Assembly (NCBI GenBank): GCA_043228905.1
Contig: JBHGNT010000010.1
Location: forward strand, 12,958,001 to 13,022,000
Length of the DNA: 64,000 nt
Direction of reading: 5' to 3'
From: Azolla caroliniana
Lineage: Eukaryota > Plantae > Polypodiophyta
Shown here: positions 24,822 to 36,881 of the stretch, piece after piece
Numbering within the stretch: position 1 is the first letter of the stretch
Layout: every line of letters begins with the position of its first letter
Position numbers and translations under genes: made by a program
The notes under the pieces: model-generated
Told to the model about the DNA's origin: nothing
Databases searched by the model: none
What the model saw: the letters and a program-made list of their open reading frames with translations, nothing else

Positions 24822-27776
24822 GCCTAGGGTCTGATGACATTCAAGTGCATATAGAAGGGTGCAAGCAAGATTTGAACCTTGCACTTCTAAGATAGGAAAC
24901 AATTATCTTACCACTAAAGCTCCTACTAAGTGCTTTAGATTTTGTATATTTCCTTCTCATATTTAGTATTCCATAGGAAACAAACATACAAAACCATGGT
25001 TTTATAGCCTATGGTTTTGTGCATGCCACAAGGAAAACCGTGTGCCTGAAAACCATGGGTTCAAGCCCATGGTTTTGTGCATGTTAGAAGGATAGATAAA
25101 CCTATAAAAACCCTCGTATGGCTTGTGTAATGGGGGGGGATGAATCAAACAATTTATGAATCAATCTATGTATCAAATCAAAAATTAATAAGAAGAAAAC
25201 TTAGTTATCTTATTGGTGCTATGCATTTATCTATCTATCTATCTTAAAAACTTCCTCAATTTATTATTATTTTTTCTCTCTCTCTCACTCTAACGACATT
25301 AGTGCATCACTTTAGCCACCCATCATCAATCCTCCATAACCACTAGCGGATAGAGGCTCGATGCTTGTCCGCGCTTGTGATGCGCACATCCCGACGTTTG
25401 GCACGTGTGTCACGCGCCACACGACATCTATTTGGTGAACCCGACGTGAACAACACAAGGTGGTTATGGGGGCATTACGAATGGATGGTGCGATCTTGGT
25501 AGCGTATGACTTAGAGTCGATAAAAATACAAGGTGGTCTGAGGCTCGAGATGCTTCCATTGGTAAGGAAGGCCATCGAAATGATGTTGCATGATGAGATG
25601 GGTAGAGCGTTCGAGTATCTCAAGTTGGCAAATCAAGTTCAAAGACTATATCAAGAAGTTCAGGATTTGTACAAAGCAGTTCTGACATCAAGTTTCGGGC
25701 CTCAACCTTTTCATGGTTTGCGTGACGGTGACAACGATGAAGATGATCAAGATCGGCGTAGTTGCGGTCGTGAAGAGACATGTGATGAAGAACATGGGCT
25801 CAAGAGGGAAGATCTAGAAGGATGCAATCATAAAGAGACAAAGCAATGAAGAACATCAATTTGAGGGGAATGACCAAGATACTCAAGGATGCGGTCATGA
25901 AGAGACTTTCAGCAAAGAAAGTGGGCTCGTAAGGAAAGATGAAGATACTCAAGGATGCAATGGTGGTGAAGAAACATCTGACAAAGAACGTGGGCTTGAG
26001 GAGACCGATCAAGATCTACACTTGAGGAGACCGATCAAGATCTACACGGTCATGACAAAAACAAAGATCATTACAAACTCACAAAGAGTGCTCGAAATCT
26101 ACAAGGTTATGATCATGACAAAGATTACTGTGAACACAAGAGGAGGAATCAATGTCGAGCTCTTCATGGTTGTGCTAATGAAAAAGCACTCAACGGAAGT
26201 CGTGACGGTGAGAGTAGTTGGGATCAAGACTTTTATGGTTTAAAATCTTATGACAAGTATGATAGGTTTAATGAGAACCACGAACAAGAGAAGAAGTTAG
26301 GAAGGGATAAAAACGTTACATTTAAACGTAATGATGATGATGATTTAGGGCTTGATGATAGTAAGGGAGAGTGTATTATTGATGGTAAGAGTGAGAGCCA
26401 TAAGAAGAATGTGGGTTATGATGGTAAAATGTTATGCACTTTTTGTGGATATGGTTATGATAAGGGTAATGATGAGGGTGAGAGTGACGAAGAGGAATTG
26501 TGTGTTTTAGGTTGCCTTGGTTTTCTTTGGGATAGATTTTATAAGAGTTTCACTAGATCAAATGGTGACATTCATGAGGACATCCATTATAAAAATAGAA
26601 TAGGGATTTGTGATGATGAGGACATTCTACAAAAATATGTCCATGATGACGTGGGGTTACATGATGATTACAAGGGTATAAGTATGGAAAATCTAGAAAA
26701 TGTTATTTGGGATGAGTATCATGATGATGTTGATGTTGTGAGTATGTGTGGGAAGGACAGGATTAAAGTTGATAGTATGTGTGTCTAATGATAATGTTGA
26801 TGTTGTGAGCATGAGGAAAAGCAATCATAAGATGAGAAAAGACGATCTGAGGAATTTTGATGACCAAGCACATGGTCGAGATGAAGGTGGCACATGTACA
26901 ATGCATGAAGAGTTACGCTAAGGAGGAGCAAAAGGGGCTACGACAAGTGGTCATGGAAATGCGAAAGGAGATCGAATGATATGGTTGATCGGTTGGAAGG
27001 AATGCATGTACTCAAAATGGAGGACAAAGGATGACACGTAAGGAAGGAGGAAATCAAAGACAAACCAGCTTTTGACTCCGCCACATCACTCTTCTCTTCT
27101 TGGCACATGCCGGAGGATGTGCGGTTTGGTGGGGATGGATGTCGTGATGTTTTGTGTCCAATGGGAGAAATTGTGTGGTTCCACACACATTATACATATA
27201 ATTATAAATATGAAAATTAGCCTAGGGTCTGATGACATTTAAGTGCATATAGAAGGGTACAAGCAAGATTTGAACCTTGCACTTCTAAGATAGGAAACAG
27301 TTATCTTACCACTAAAGCTACTACTAAGTGCTTTAGATTTTGTGTATTTCCTTCTCATATTTAGTATTCCATAGGAAACAAACATACAAAACCATGGTTT
27401 TAGCCTATGGTTTTGTGCATGTTAGAAGGATAGATAAACCTATAAAAACCCTCGTAAGGCTTCTGTAATAGGGGGGGATCAATCAATGGATGAATCAAAC
27501 AATTTATGAATCAATCTATGTATTAAATCGAAAATTAATAATAAGAAAACTTAGTTATCTTATTGGTGCTATGCATTTATCTATCTATCTATCTTAAACA
27601 TTTCCTCAATTTATTATTATTATTTCTCTCTCTCTCACTCTAACGACATTAGTGCATCACTTTAGCCACCCATCATCAATCCTCCATAACCACTAGCGGA
27701 TAGAGGCTCGGTGCTTGTCCGCGCTTGTGACGCGTACATCCTGACGTTTGGCACGTGTGTCACGCGCCACGCGACA
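24822..27776 (+). mobile_element. Element C: non-autonomous Trp-primed LTR element (no pol), 5' LTR truncated
   Basis: LTR copies at 24822-25426 (missing ~80 bp) and 27140-27776. PBS TGGTGAACCCGACGTGAA at 25433-25450 and PPT before 27140. The ~1.7 kb interior holds decayed acidic ORFs and internal repeats. Right flank is ACGT, inside copia RNase H. Confidence 0.85.
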
Positions 27777-30700
27777 ACGTCGAGATGCTGAACACCAAGC
27801 ATTTCGGTGAAGTGCTGCAACTTATCCGATCCGAGCGGTTTGGTGAAGATGTCGGCAACTTGCCGATCTGTATGAACATATCGAAGTTCGACTTCACCGC
27901 TCAGGACACGCTCACGCACGAAGTGGTATTACTCTTCGATCTGCTTTGTGCGAGCATGGAATATGGGGTTCTTGGCGAGCTGCATGCTGCTTATGTTGTC
28001 GCAATAGATCAGGATCGGGGTCGGCACCTCGATCCGCAAGTCTTGTAGCAGTCGCCGAAGCCAAATGGCTTCACAGGTGGCAACGATAGCGCCCCAGTAT
28101 TTAGCCTCAATGCTCGACAGAGCCACTGTTGGCTGCTTTTTGCTGCTCCACACAATAGCCGCACTACCAAGGGAAAACATATAGCCGGAAGTGGAATGGT
28201 GATTTGATGCATCGCCGGCTCAGTCGGCATCCGTGTAGTCGACTAGCTCTTCAGTCATACCTCGCCAGTATAACAGTCCCCGGTCCTTCGTGCCGCTCAC
28301 ATACCGCAGTATTCGGTGCGCGCACTGAAGATGCTCGACGATGAGCTTCTACCTGAATTGACTAATCATACCGACCGGATAGCTGATGTCGGGTCGAGTG
28401 ATGGTCAAATATATAAGGCTTCCGACAATTTGTCGGAACCGTTTCTCATCGCAGGCCGGTCTAGAGTTGGGACAGAGCTTCTATTTCCGGTCCAAGGATG
28501 TAGAAATAGGGCAGCATTTCGTCATGCCGAACTTGTACTGCATATTCAACACATAGTGTCTTTGTGAGAGCAATATGTCGTCGGGGGTTCGGATCACCTC
28601 GATCCCAAGGAAATAGTGAAGGTCCCCTAGGTCCTTCATTTGCAAACTGGACCGCCCGGACCTTGCCGGATGAACAACAAAGAGACGGACTTGGAGGCCG
28701 CAAACCCCAACTTACGCAATCGGTGCGTAATCGTTGCATTCCAAGCTCGGGGGGCTTGCTTCAAGCCATAAAGTGACTTCTTCAGCCGGCATACAGCTGA
28801 CTTGTTCATCTCCAACAAAACCGGGAGGTTGGGTCATAAAGACCTCTATTTCTAGATCGCCACTCCCTTGCCGTAGCAACCGCCAGCACCACACGAACTG
28901 CCGTCATCTTCGCTACCGGAGCGAAGGTCTCGTTGTAGTCGATTCCGTGGGTCTGCGCATATCCCTTTGCCACTAACCGGGCCTTGTACCGGTTAACTGA
29001 ACCGTCGGCGTTGTACTTTACCTTGTACACTCACTTGCATCCTATCGGTTTACTATGACGGGGGGGGGTTAACCAGGTTCCATGTATCGTTGGCATCAAG
29101 TGCCCGCATCTCTTCCTTCATAGCGGCACGCTAATTTGCATCCCTTGCCGCTTCTGCGTAGCCTCCGGCTCATGCACTTCCGCCACCTGGGTCATGTACG
29201 CATAGTGATGCGCCATGTACTCATTGTACCTGTACCGCTTAACAGGTTCCTTCTGGTGGGTTGACCGGCGTAACCCACCGTTACCCGGTTTGAGGCCCTT
29301 CTTGGCCGGTTCGGTGTTCGGTGCTGAAGAGCCTTCATTTTCCTTTCCGGAGTCGGATCCGCTCTGATCCGACTCATCATTACCGGTTTCATAATCCAGC
29401 ATCTTCTTCTTCCCCTTCTCTTTGAGCGTGAACCGTCTTCTCGGTTCCTTGCGCGGGGAGAGCACACAAAGTCTTCACTATTCGCCGGTTTAGGGTCTGA
29501 CTGGTCGGATTGACCCAGTCTCTCGTTCGGCCCACTCAACCGAAACGATTCAGGACTCTCTTCTTGAGTCTCGGATTCATCATCTTCTATCTGGACCGGT
29601 TCAGGCTCACTAGCCTCATCCTCCGATATCGGGTCGGGGTCGGAAGTCGGTAAGGCATACCATGATGTCGTCTCATCCAACTCAACATCTCGGCTAACAC
29701 TTATACCCCTTTTGCTCATGTGAGTAGCCGACGAGGATGCACTTCTCCGATTTCGCATCCAGCTTCCTCCGCTTCTCATCCGGCACATGCACATATGTTA
29801 TGCTGCCCAAAATCCGAAGGTGTCTCAAATTCGGCTTGCGCCTGAAATACAGCTCATGTGCGGACACCTTGTCACCGATCCGGTTTTGGATGTAGACGAC
29901 CATGCAAACTACCTCCGCCTAGTAGAAATGGGGCATGGTCTTCTCTTCCAGCATTGCCCTTGTTGCGTCGACAGGCGACCGGTTCTTCCTTTCGGCCACA
30001 CCGTTTTGCTCCGGTGTATATCAACAGCTGAACTCTCTCTGAATTCCTGTTTGCTGCAGATAACTGTTGAATTGGCTGGAAAAATATTCTTTTCCGCCAT
30101 CTGACCGTAGGCACTTGATTTTCCTCTCCGATTGTCATTCCACCATGCTTTGGAGGTTCCGCTCAATGAGGTAGATCCATGTGTGCCGGCTATAGTCGTC
30201 GATGAAGGAGATGAAGTATCGACTCCCACCAAGACTCACGTTCTATGCCAGTTCCCATACATTCGAATCAATAAGGTTGAGCTTGTTACGGTTACGGTTT
30301 CGTTCGGTGGGGGATGGAAGCCGGTGTTGCTTCCCGAGTTGGCAAGCTTCACATACTTGGGCCTTCTGGCCACTAAACTTAAGCAAACCAAAAACAACTT
30401 GTTTCGTTTGCAGGTCTTGAAGCCTCCGGTAATTGACGTGGGTGATCCTCTTGTGCCAGAGATCGATGTCCGATTCAATCTTTTGTCCTTTGGCAAACAA
30501 AGTGGTGCCGACATCATTGGTGTCGAGGATGAACATCCTCCCGTCTCTGCGCCCTTGCACAATAATCTGGCCCTCCTCCTCGATGAACCACCCGAGGTGC
30601 GTAAAACACACCTACATTCCCTGGTCGACGATCTGTCCAACCGACACAAGGTTCTTCGTGATAGTCGGAACGTGTAATACGTTCATCAGCTTCCACCTTT

Positions 30701-32350
30701 GTCAGACGTGGCTCAAAGGGACTTCACTGATATGCACGATTGGGTGAGGAGTGTCGTCTCCGGTTTCGACAACTCCCGGTTGTTCCGATTTCTCCAGGAA
30801 GGAGAAGCACTCTTTGAGGTTCGTCATGTGATTTGATGCATTGGAATCAACGTACCACACTTCCTCCGATTTGGAAGTGGTCTTCTTCATCGAATTTGCC
30901 TCGTGCTTCATCATCAAGGCTGGCCCCTTACCGGTCTTCTCGGTTCCGGATTCTTTCGATCCTTGCACGTAGTGTGAGCTTCGTCGATTCTCCCGCCTGG
31001 TTTTGCCGGATTCAGATCTGTCCGAATCGGCGCGCTTCTTCCAACACTCGCTTTCTCTATGGCCCTTTTAACCATAGTACCAGCATTCCGTGGTGGATTT
31101 GTCTTGCCGGCCTCCGGCGCCACCTTGACTCCCCTTGGTTGTGGAGGTCTCGGAACTGTTGTCGGCATAGTCTCTGTGCCGTCGGTCTTGCCCTTGTCGG
31201 CCGCCTCCATTGCGTACCGACCCGCCTCGTCCACCACGCCCACGGGGCCGATCCGCCTCCGTGTACAGCATCTGCCTGTCGGTGGGTGCAGTTGTTGACG
31301 TACCGGCGTGGTTCTCCACTGTAAGTCTAAAAATGACGGTGTATTCTCCCTCGTACATATTGTTGTCCGGAAAGCGCGGAACTTAGACGCCAAGCCCCCA
31401 AGAAAGACCTGTACCATCTCGTCCTCCTCTATTGTGAAGTTAATAGAGGCAAGCGAGTCACATATCTCTTTTATTCGGGCCGTGTAATCAGCCACCGACA
31501 TGTCCTTCTGCCAAATATTGCTCAACTCCTATCGGAGTTGTAGCTTCCGGGCTGTAGTGCTTGCGGCGAACACCTTCTTCAGGTTTCGCCAAGCCTCTTT
31601 CGGCGTCTTGGCATCTCAGATGTGGCTTAGCAGCTGGTCTCCGACACTGGACGCAAACCAGTACATCACTCTGCTTGCCGATTGTTCCCACACCGGGAAG
31701 TCCTTGTGTGCCGCATCAAGTGCTGTGTCGTTAGCTCCGTCGACATAGCTCCAATAACCATGCCCAAGTAGGTACTGGTGCATCTTGTATGACCAAGATG
31801 CGTAGTTGGATCTGTCGAGCTTCTCCACCGGGAGCAAGCTAGCCATTCCTCTATCCATTTGTTGTTTTTTTTTCTTTACAAAGGTTAGGTTTTCTTCTTC
31901 CGAAAGCGAACGTCGGCTGTAGAGGTTCTCAACCCTCGCGCTCTGATACCATGTAGAAACAAATAGTGTGCGGAAGCAATAGAAAACAGAAAGCAGAAAA
32001 CAGGTTTAATGGAGAGCTTAATAGTACGCGAGAGAGACAGAGACAGAGAGAGAGCACACAGAAACTCAATTCAAAAAATACTACTCACTTTGTACATCGT
32101 ATATGTTCAGTGAACACTTTTATACAAGTCCATCCGGACTGATAGAAGTATGGTGTACTTCAATGCTCACACGAGCGTCTGACACTAACTACGAGATATT
32201 AACTCCCTAGTAGACTAGGTGCTACTTGGCTTCCGTTTACTGCTTGATCCAGCTAACCGGCTCCCCAGCTCACCGACTCACACTTCTGGATGTTGATCCG
32301 GCTCAAGCTTATTCAGCCGATCCGGATCCGGTTGAGCTTGCCGCTCAACA
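27777..32350 (-). mobile_element. Degenerate Ty1/copia retrotransposon (possibly bryophyte Bryco/RLC5-like); 5' LTR 31952-32350, 3' end lost
   Basis: iMet PBS TGGTATCAGAGC (31940-31951). Gag (EKLDRSNYASW), protease (WYVDSNASNHMT), pre-integrase (LWHKR..CEACQLGK), RT ([24 protein letters not shown]) and RNase H (WSSKKQ, YCDN, ADIFTKPL) in copia order. Many frameshifts, and the YVDD region appears deleted. Confidence 0.92.
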
Positions 32351-35300
32351 CTAATTCATTTGCTAAATGAATTCCATTGTAGTTTACTTGGTTCGGATCC
32401 TTGGTTTTTACTCGTGACGCCCGGGTACAACTACAGGCACTGGAAACACTAGATACATCATATCATGAGTTAATGTCACATCGTTAAAAAACCTTGAAAT
32501 TATTAAATCTTAAAAACATGAGTGTACTAGAATAATCCTCAGTTGGTCAGTGATGCTTAGGCAATATATAAATATTATTTATTTCTAATCAATGATTACA
32601 ATATTAAAAAGTGCACCAAATGTGATCCATTGTACTCTAGTTGGTTATGATACTCGGCTCTCACCCGAGAGACCCAAGTTCAACTCCCGGCAATAGAAAA
32701 GACAATATCACCTATCAAATTTCCGACACAGGTGATGTGTTACCTGTTTGATAACTCTAAAAATCAATACCTAAAGTAGTTGTTACAATAATTTACTATT
32801 AACAAAATATTCAATATTATGTTTGTAGGATTCATGACGAACTTTAGTTTGATTTTATTCTCCTAACATCAATTTCTAAAGTTAATCCAATTATTCGATT
32901 AATGGTACAGGTTTCAAATGAAATTTGACAAAACATTATGTAGTTCGGGACAAGAAGAAGCAGTATATTTAGTCATGGTTATTCCTGAAGATTGTTATGA
33001 TAAATTAGAACAGTAACAATTATAGTTCGGATAACTTGATACATTTTCAAAAAATACGCAAAGATTGTAGAATAATGGTCAAATGTCGATGAGAATTACA
33101 CCATGTTTCTTTGTTTGTAGGAAAGGAGTAGAAAATTACATTAACTAATTCATTTGCTAAATGAATTCCATTGTAGTCTACTTGGTTCGGATCCTTTGTT
33201 TTTACCTGAGACACCTTGGTACAACTACAGGCATTCGAAACACAAGATACATCCTAGATCATGAGTTAATGTCGCATCGTTAAAAAACCTTGAAATTATT
33301 AAATCTTAAAAACATGAGTGTACTAGAATAATCCTCAGTTGGTCAGTGATGCTTAGGCAATATATAAATATTATTTATTTCTAATCAAGGATTACAATAT
33401 TAAAAAGTGCACCAAATGTGATCCATTGTACTCTAGTTGGTTATGATACTCGGCTCTCACCCTAGAGACCCGAGTTCAACTCCCAGCAATAGAAAAGACA
33501 ATATCAGCTATCAATTTCCGACGCATGTGATGTGTTAACTGTTCGATAACTCTAAAAATCAATACCTAAAGTAGTTGTTACAATAATTTACTACTAACAA
33601 AATAATCAATATTATGTTTGTAGGATTCATGACGAACTTTAGTTTGATTTTATTGTCCTAACATCAATTTCTAAAGTTAATCCAATTATTCGATTAATGG
33701 TACAGGTTTCAAATGAAATTTGACAAAACATTATGTAGTTCGGGACAAGAAGAAGCAGTATATTTAGTCGTGGTTATTCTTGAAGATTGTTACGACAAAT
33801 TAGAACACCAACAATTATAGTTCGGATAACTTGGTACATTTTCAAAAAATACGCAAAGATTGTAGAATAATGGTCAAATGTCGATGAGCATTACACCATG
33901 TTTCTTTGTTTGTAGCAAAGGAGTAGAAAATTACATTAACTAATTCATTTGCTAAATGAATTCCATTGTAGTCTACTTGGTTTGGATCCTTTGTTTTTAC
34001 CTGAGACACCTTGGTACAACTACATGCATTCGAAACACAAGATACATCCTAGATCATGAGTTAATATGGCATCGATAAAAAACTTTGAAATTATTAAATG
34101 TTAAAAATGAGAGTGTGTTAGAATAATCCTTAGTTGTTCGGTGATGCTTGCGCAATATATAAATATTATTTATTTCTAATCAAGGATTATAATATTAAAA
34201 AGTGCACAAAATGTGATCCATTGTAGTCTAGTTGGTTATGATACTCGGCTCTCACCCTAGAGACCCGAGTTCAACTCCCAGCAATAGAAAAGACAATATC
34301 AGCTATCAATTTCCGACGCATGTGATGTGTTAACTGTTCGATAACTCTAAAAATCAATACCTAAAGTAGTTGTTACAATAATTTACTACTAACAAAATAA
34401 TCAATATTATGTTTGTAGGATTCATGACGAACTTTAGTTTGATTTTATTGTCCTAACATCAATTTCTAAAGTTAATCCAATTATTCGATTAATGGTACAG
34501 GTTTCAAATGAAATTTGACAAAACATTATGTAGTTCGGGACAAGAAGAAGCAGTATATTTAGTCGTGGTTATTCCTGAAGATTGTTACGACAAATTAGAA
34601 CACCAACAATTATAGTTCGGATAACTTGGTACATTTTCAAAAAATACGCAAAGATTGTAGAATAATGGTCAAATGTCGATGAGCATTACACCATGTTTCT
34701 TTGTTTGTAGCAAAGGAGTAGAAAATTACATTAACTAATTCATTTGCGAAATGAATTCCATTGTAGTCTACTTGGTTTGGATCCTTTGTTTTTACCTGAG
34801 ACACCTTGGTACAACTACATGCATTCGAAACACTAGATACATCCTAGATCATGAGTTAATATGGCATCGATAAAAAACATTGAAATTATTAAATGTTAAA
34901 AATGAGAGTGTGTTAGAATAATCCTTAGTTGTTCGGTGATGCTTGCGCAATATATAAATATTATTGATTTCTAATCAATGATTGCAATATTAAAAAGCGC
35001 ACAAGATGTGATCCATTATAGGTTAGTTCGTTAGGATACTCCGCTCTCACCCGAGAAACCCGGGTTCAACTACCGGCAATGGAAAAGCAATATCAAATAT
35101 CAAATTTTTGGCGCATGTCATGTGCTAACTGTTTGATAACTCCAAAACTCAAGACCTAAAGTATCTATTACAATAATGTACAATTAACAAAATAATCAAT
35201 ATTATGTTTGTAGGATTGATGACGAACTTTACTTTGAGGTTATTCTCCTAACATCAATTTCTAAACTTAATCCCATTATTGGATTAATGGTACAACTTTC

Positions 35301-35384
35301 AAATGAAATTTGACAAAACATTATGTAGCTCGGGATAAGAAGAAGTATTATATTTTTTCGTGGTTATTCCTCAATATTGTTACG
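32351..35384 (+). repeat. tRNA-Glu-derived satellite, block 5 (~795 bp monomers, recently homogenised)
   Basis: GAATTCCATTGTAG at 32369, 33163, 33958 and 34753. tRNA-like copies at e.g. 32626-32698 and 35012-35084. Confidence 0.95.
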
Positions 35385-35782
35385 TCGTATGGCTAAAGGA
35401 CCTATGAAGAGGGAATGGCAAGAGGAAAGAGGGCTAAGAGACATCCATGTGTGAAAGGTCAATACCCTAAATGTAAATGTTATAAAACCACATGGTGGTG
35501 GCTTTGTTAGGGTTCTTCCATTTGTAAAGATTTTCCTATTGATTAAGAGCTAGAGCTTCCTCTCCTCCTTCTTGTAACCTTTAAGCTTAAGTGAGATTAG
35601 GGAAGTGTTTAGTTAGAGAACACTAATCTCTCTTCCGTGTTGGTGCTAGACCTCTTAGCAAAGAGGGTTAATAACATATTCATTACTCCTATTGTCTATA
35701 TTCATTACCCTATTGTCTATGAGAGTGACCTTGAGAGAGTGGGGGATATATCATGCTTAATCATCTTCGAAGGTGTCTGACA
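35384..35782. mobile_element. LTR-like fragment terminating the satellite
   Basis: Begins GTCGTATGG at a satellite CG and ends TCTGACA. Contains a TATA-like motif and a short internal duplication. No matching TSD. Confidence 0.4.
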
Positions 35783-35861
35783 ACCATCTTCGCCCGATTC
35801 GCCATCAAAAGGGTATACGCCGGTCCGAACTCTGTAAACGACATTAACGAGTTAACTCCAT

Positions 35862-36238
35862 CGATACAGAGATCCTACACAGCCGAATTTCAAAACTTAA
35901 ATTTTTTTAGGTTACCTCATGGCCTACTTCCTTGGCTTTGATTCAACTATTTGAGATATCATATGAGGACGCTATGAGCCAATACATAGATCCTACACAT
36001 CTATTTGGGAGCGCTATCGGGGATATGACTGATGCTCGAAGCCGATACAGAGATCCTACACAACCCGAATTTAAAAACTTAATTTTTTTTAGATTACCTC
36101 ATGGCCTAATTCTTTGGCCTTGATTCAGTTATTTGAACTCTGAAATTTAATATCATATGAGGACGCTATGAGCTGATACATAGATCTTACACATCTTTTT
36201 GGCACCGCTGTCGAGGATATGACAGATGCTTGAAGCCG
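35862..36238 (+). repeat. two tandem copies of a ~180-195 bp unit
   Basis: GATACAGAGATCCTACAC...CATATGAGGACGCTATGAGC...GATGCT(C/T)GAAGCC occurs twice. Confidence 0.8.
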
Positions 36239-36827
36239 ATTTCGAGTGGTCAAACACTCATAGGAAACTCACTTAGCGAGGGAAGAAATCAAAAGGAAAC
36301 TACTATTTCACATTTTAATTAAGTTAATTTTCTATTTTTTAGTTTTGATTTACTACATCAGAAACGAACATCTTAGTGTCAACTTATGTGGGTATAAAGT
36401 TTTGCAAAAGAAAGAAAAGAAAAATGTGAAATATCCCACATAGATAGGAAAGTTAAGGCCCTGGCTATATAAGCACATAGAGATCCCTTATTTCTCATTT
36501 TGTGCTAAGAGCACTTTGGCCACTTTGTCAAGATGGATGAATGTGGCCAAATTCCCAAAACCGACTAGCAATAAAATGGAACCGGTCGGTAATGAAACCG
36601 GAATCGGCCAGAAATAAATTCAGAATCGGCCGATAAATTGGAAATCAAACCGGAACCGGCTGGAAAGCAAACCGGGACCGGTCGGTAAGCAATCCGGAAC
36701 CGGCCGGTCGGCGGCGGATCCAGCGACAGAGCCGACGAACCCGCGTCATCCGACGACCGAATAGATATATAAATAAATATATAGATGTATACATATATAT
36801 ATATATATACACAAGGAGTGCAAGTGT

Positions 36828-36881
36828 GGATTTGAACCTTGCACCTCCAAGTTGAGAGTCTATAGGCTTACCACTAAGCCA
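36828..36881 (-). promoter_or_regulatory. tRNA-like Pol III cassette in LTR of D (copies 58573-58626 and ~61843-61896)
   Basis: Minus strand reads TGGCTTAGTGGTAAGCC...GAGGTGCAAGGTTCAAATCC: consensus A and B boxes, and a paired D-arm-like stem GGCTT/AAGCC. Confidence 0.65.

Noticed and set aside
35384-35782. Eighth NCGN target site / complete solo LTR
   Set aside because: The left terminus is damaged, the right flank (ACCA) is not satellite, and no TSD can be established.
36828-36881. LTR cassette as a functional tRNA, or as derived from the satellite tRNA-Glu (has CTCTCA at the anticodon position)
   Set aside because: The anticodon and acceptor stems do not pair, and B and C lack the CTC. 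Only the A/B-box architecture is supported.
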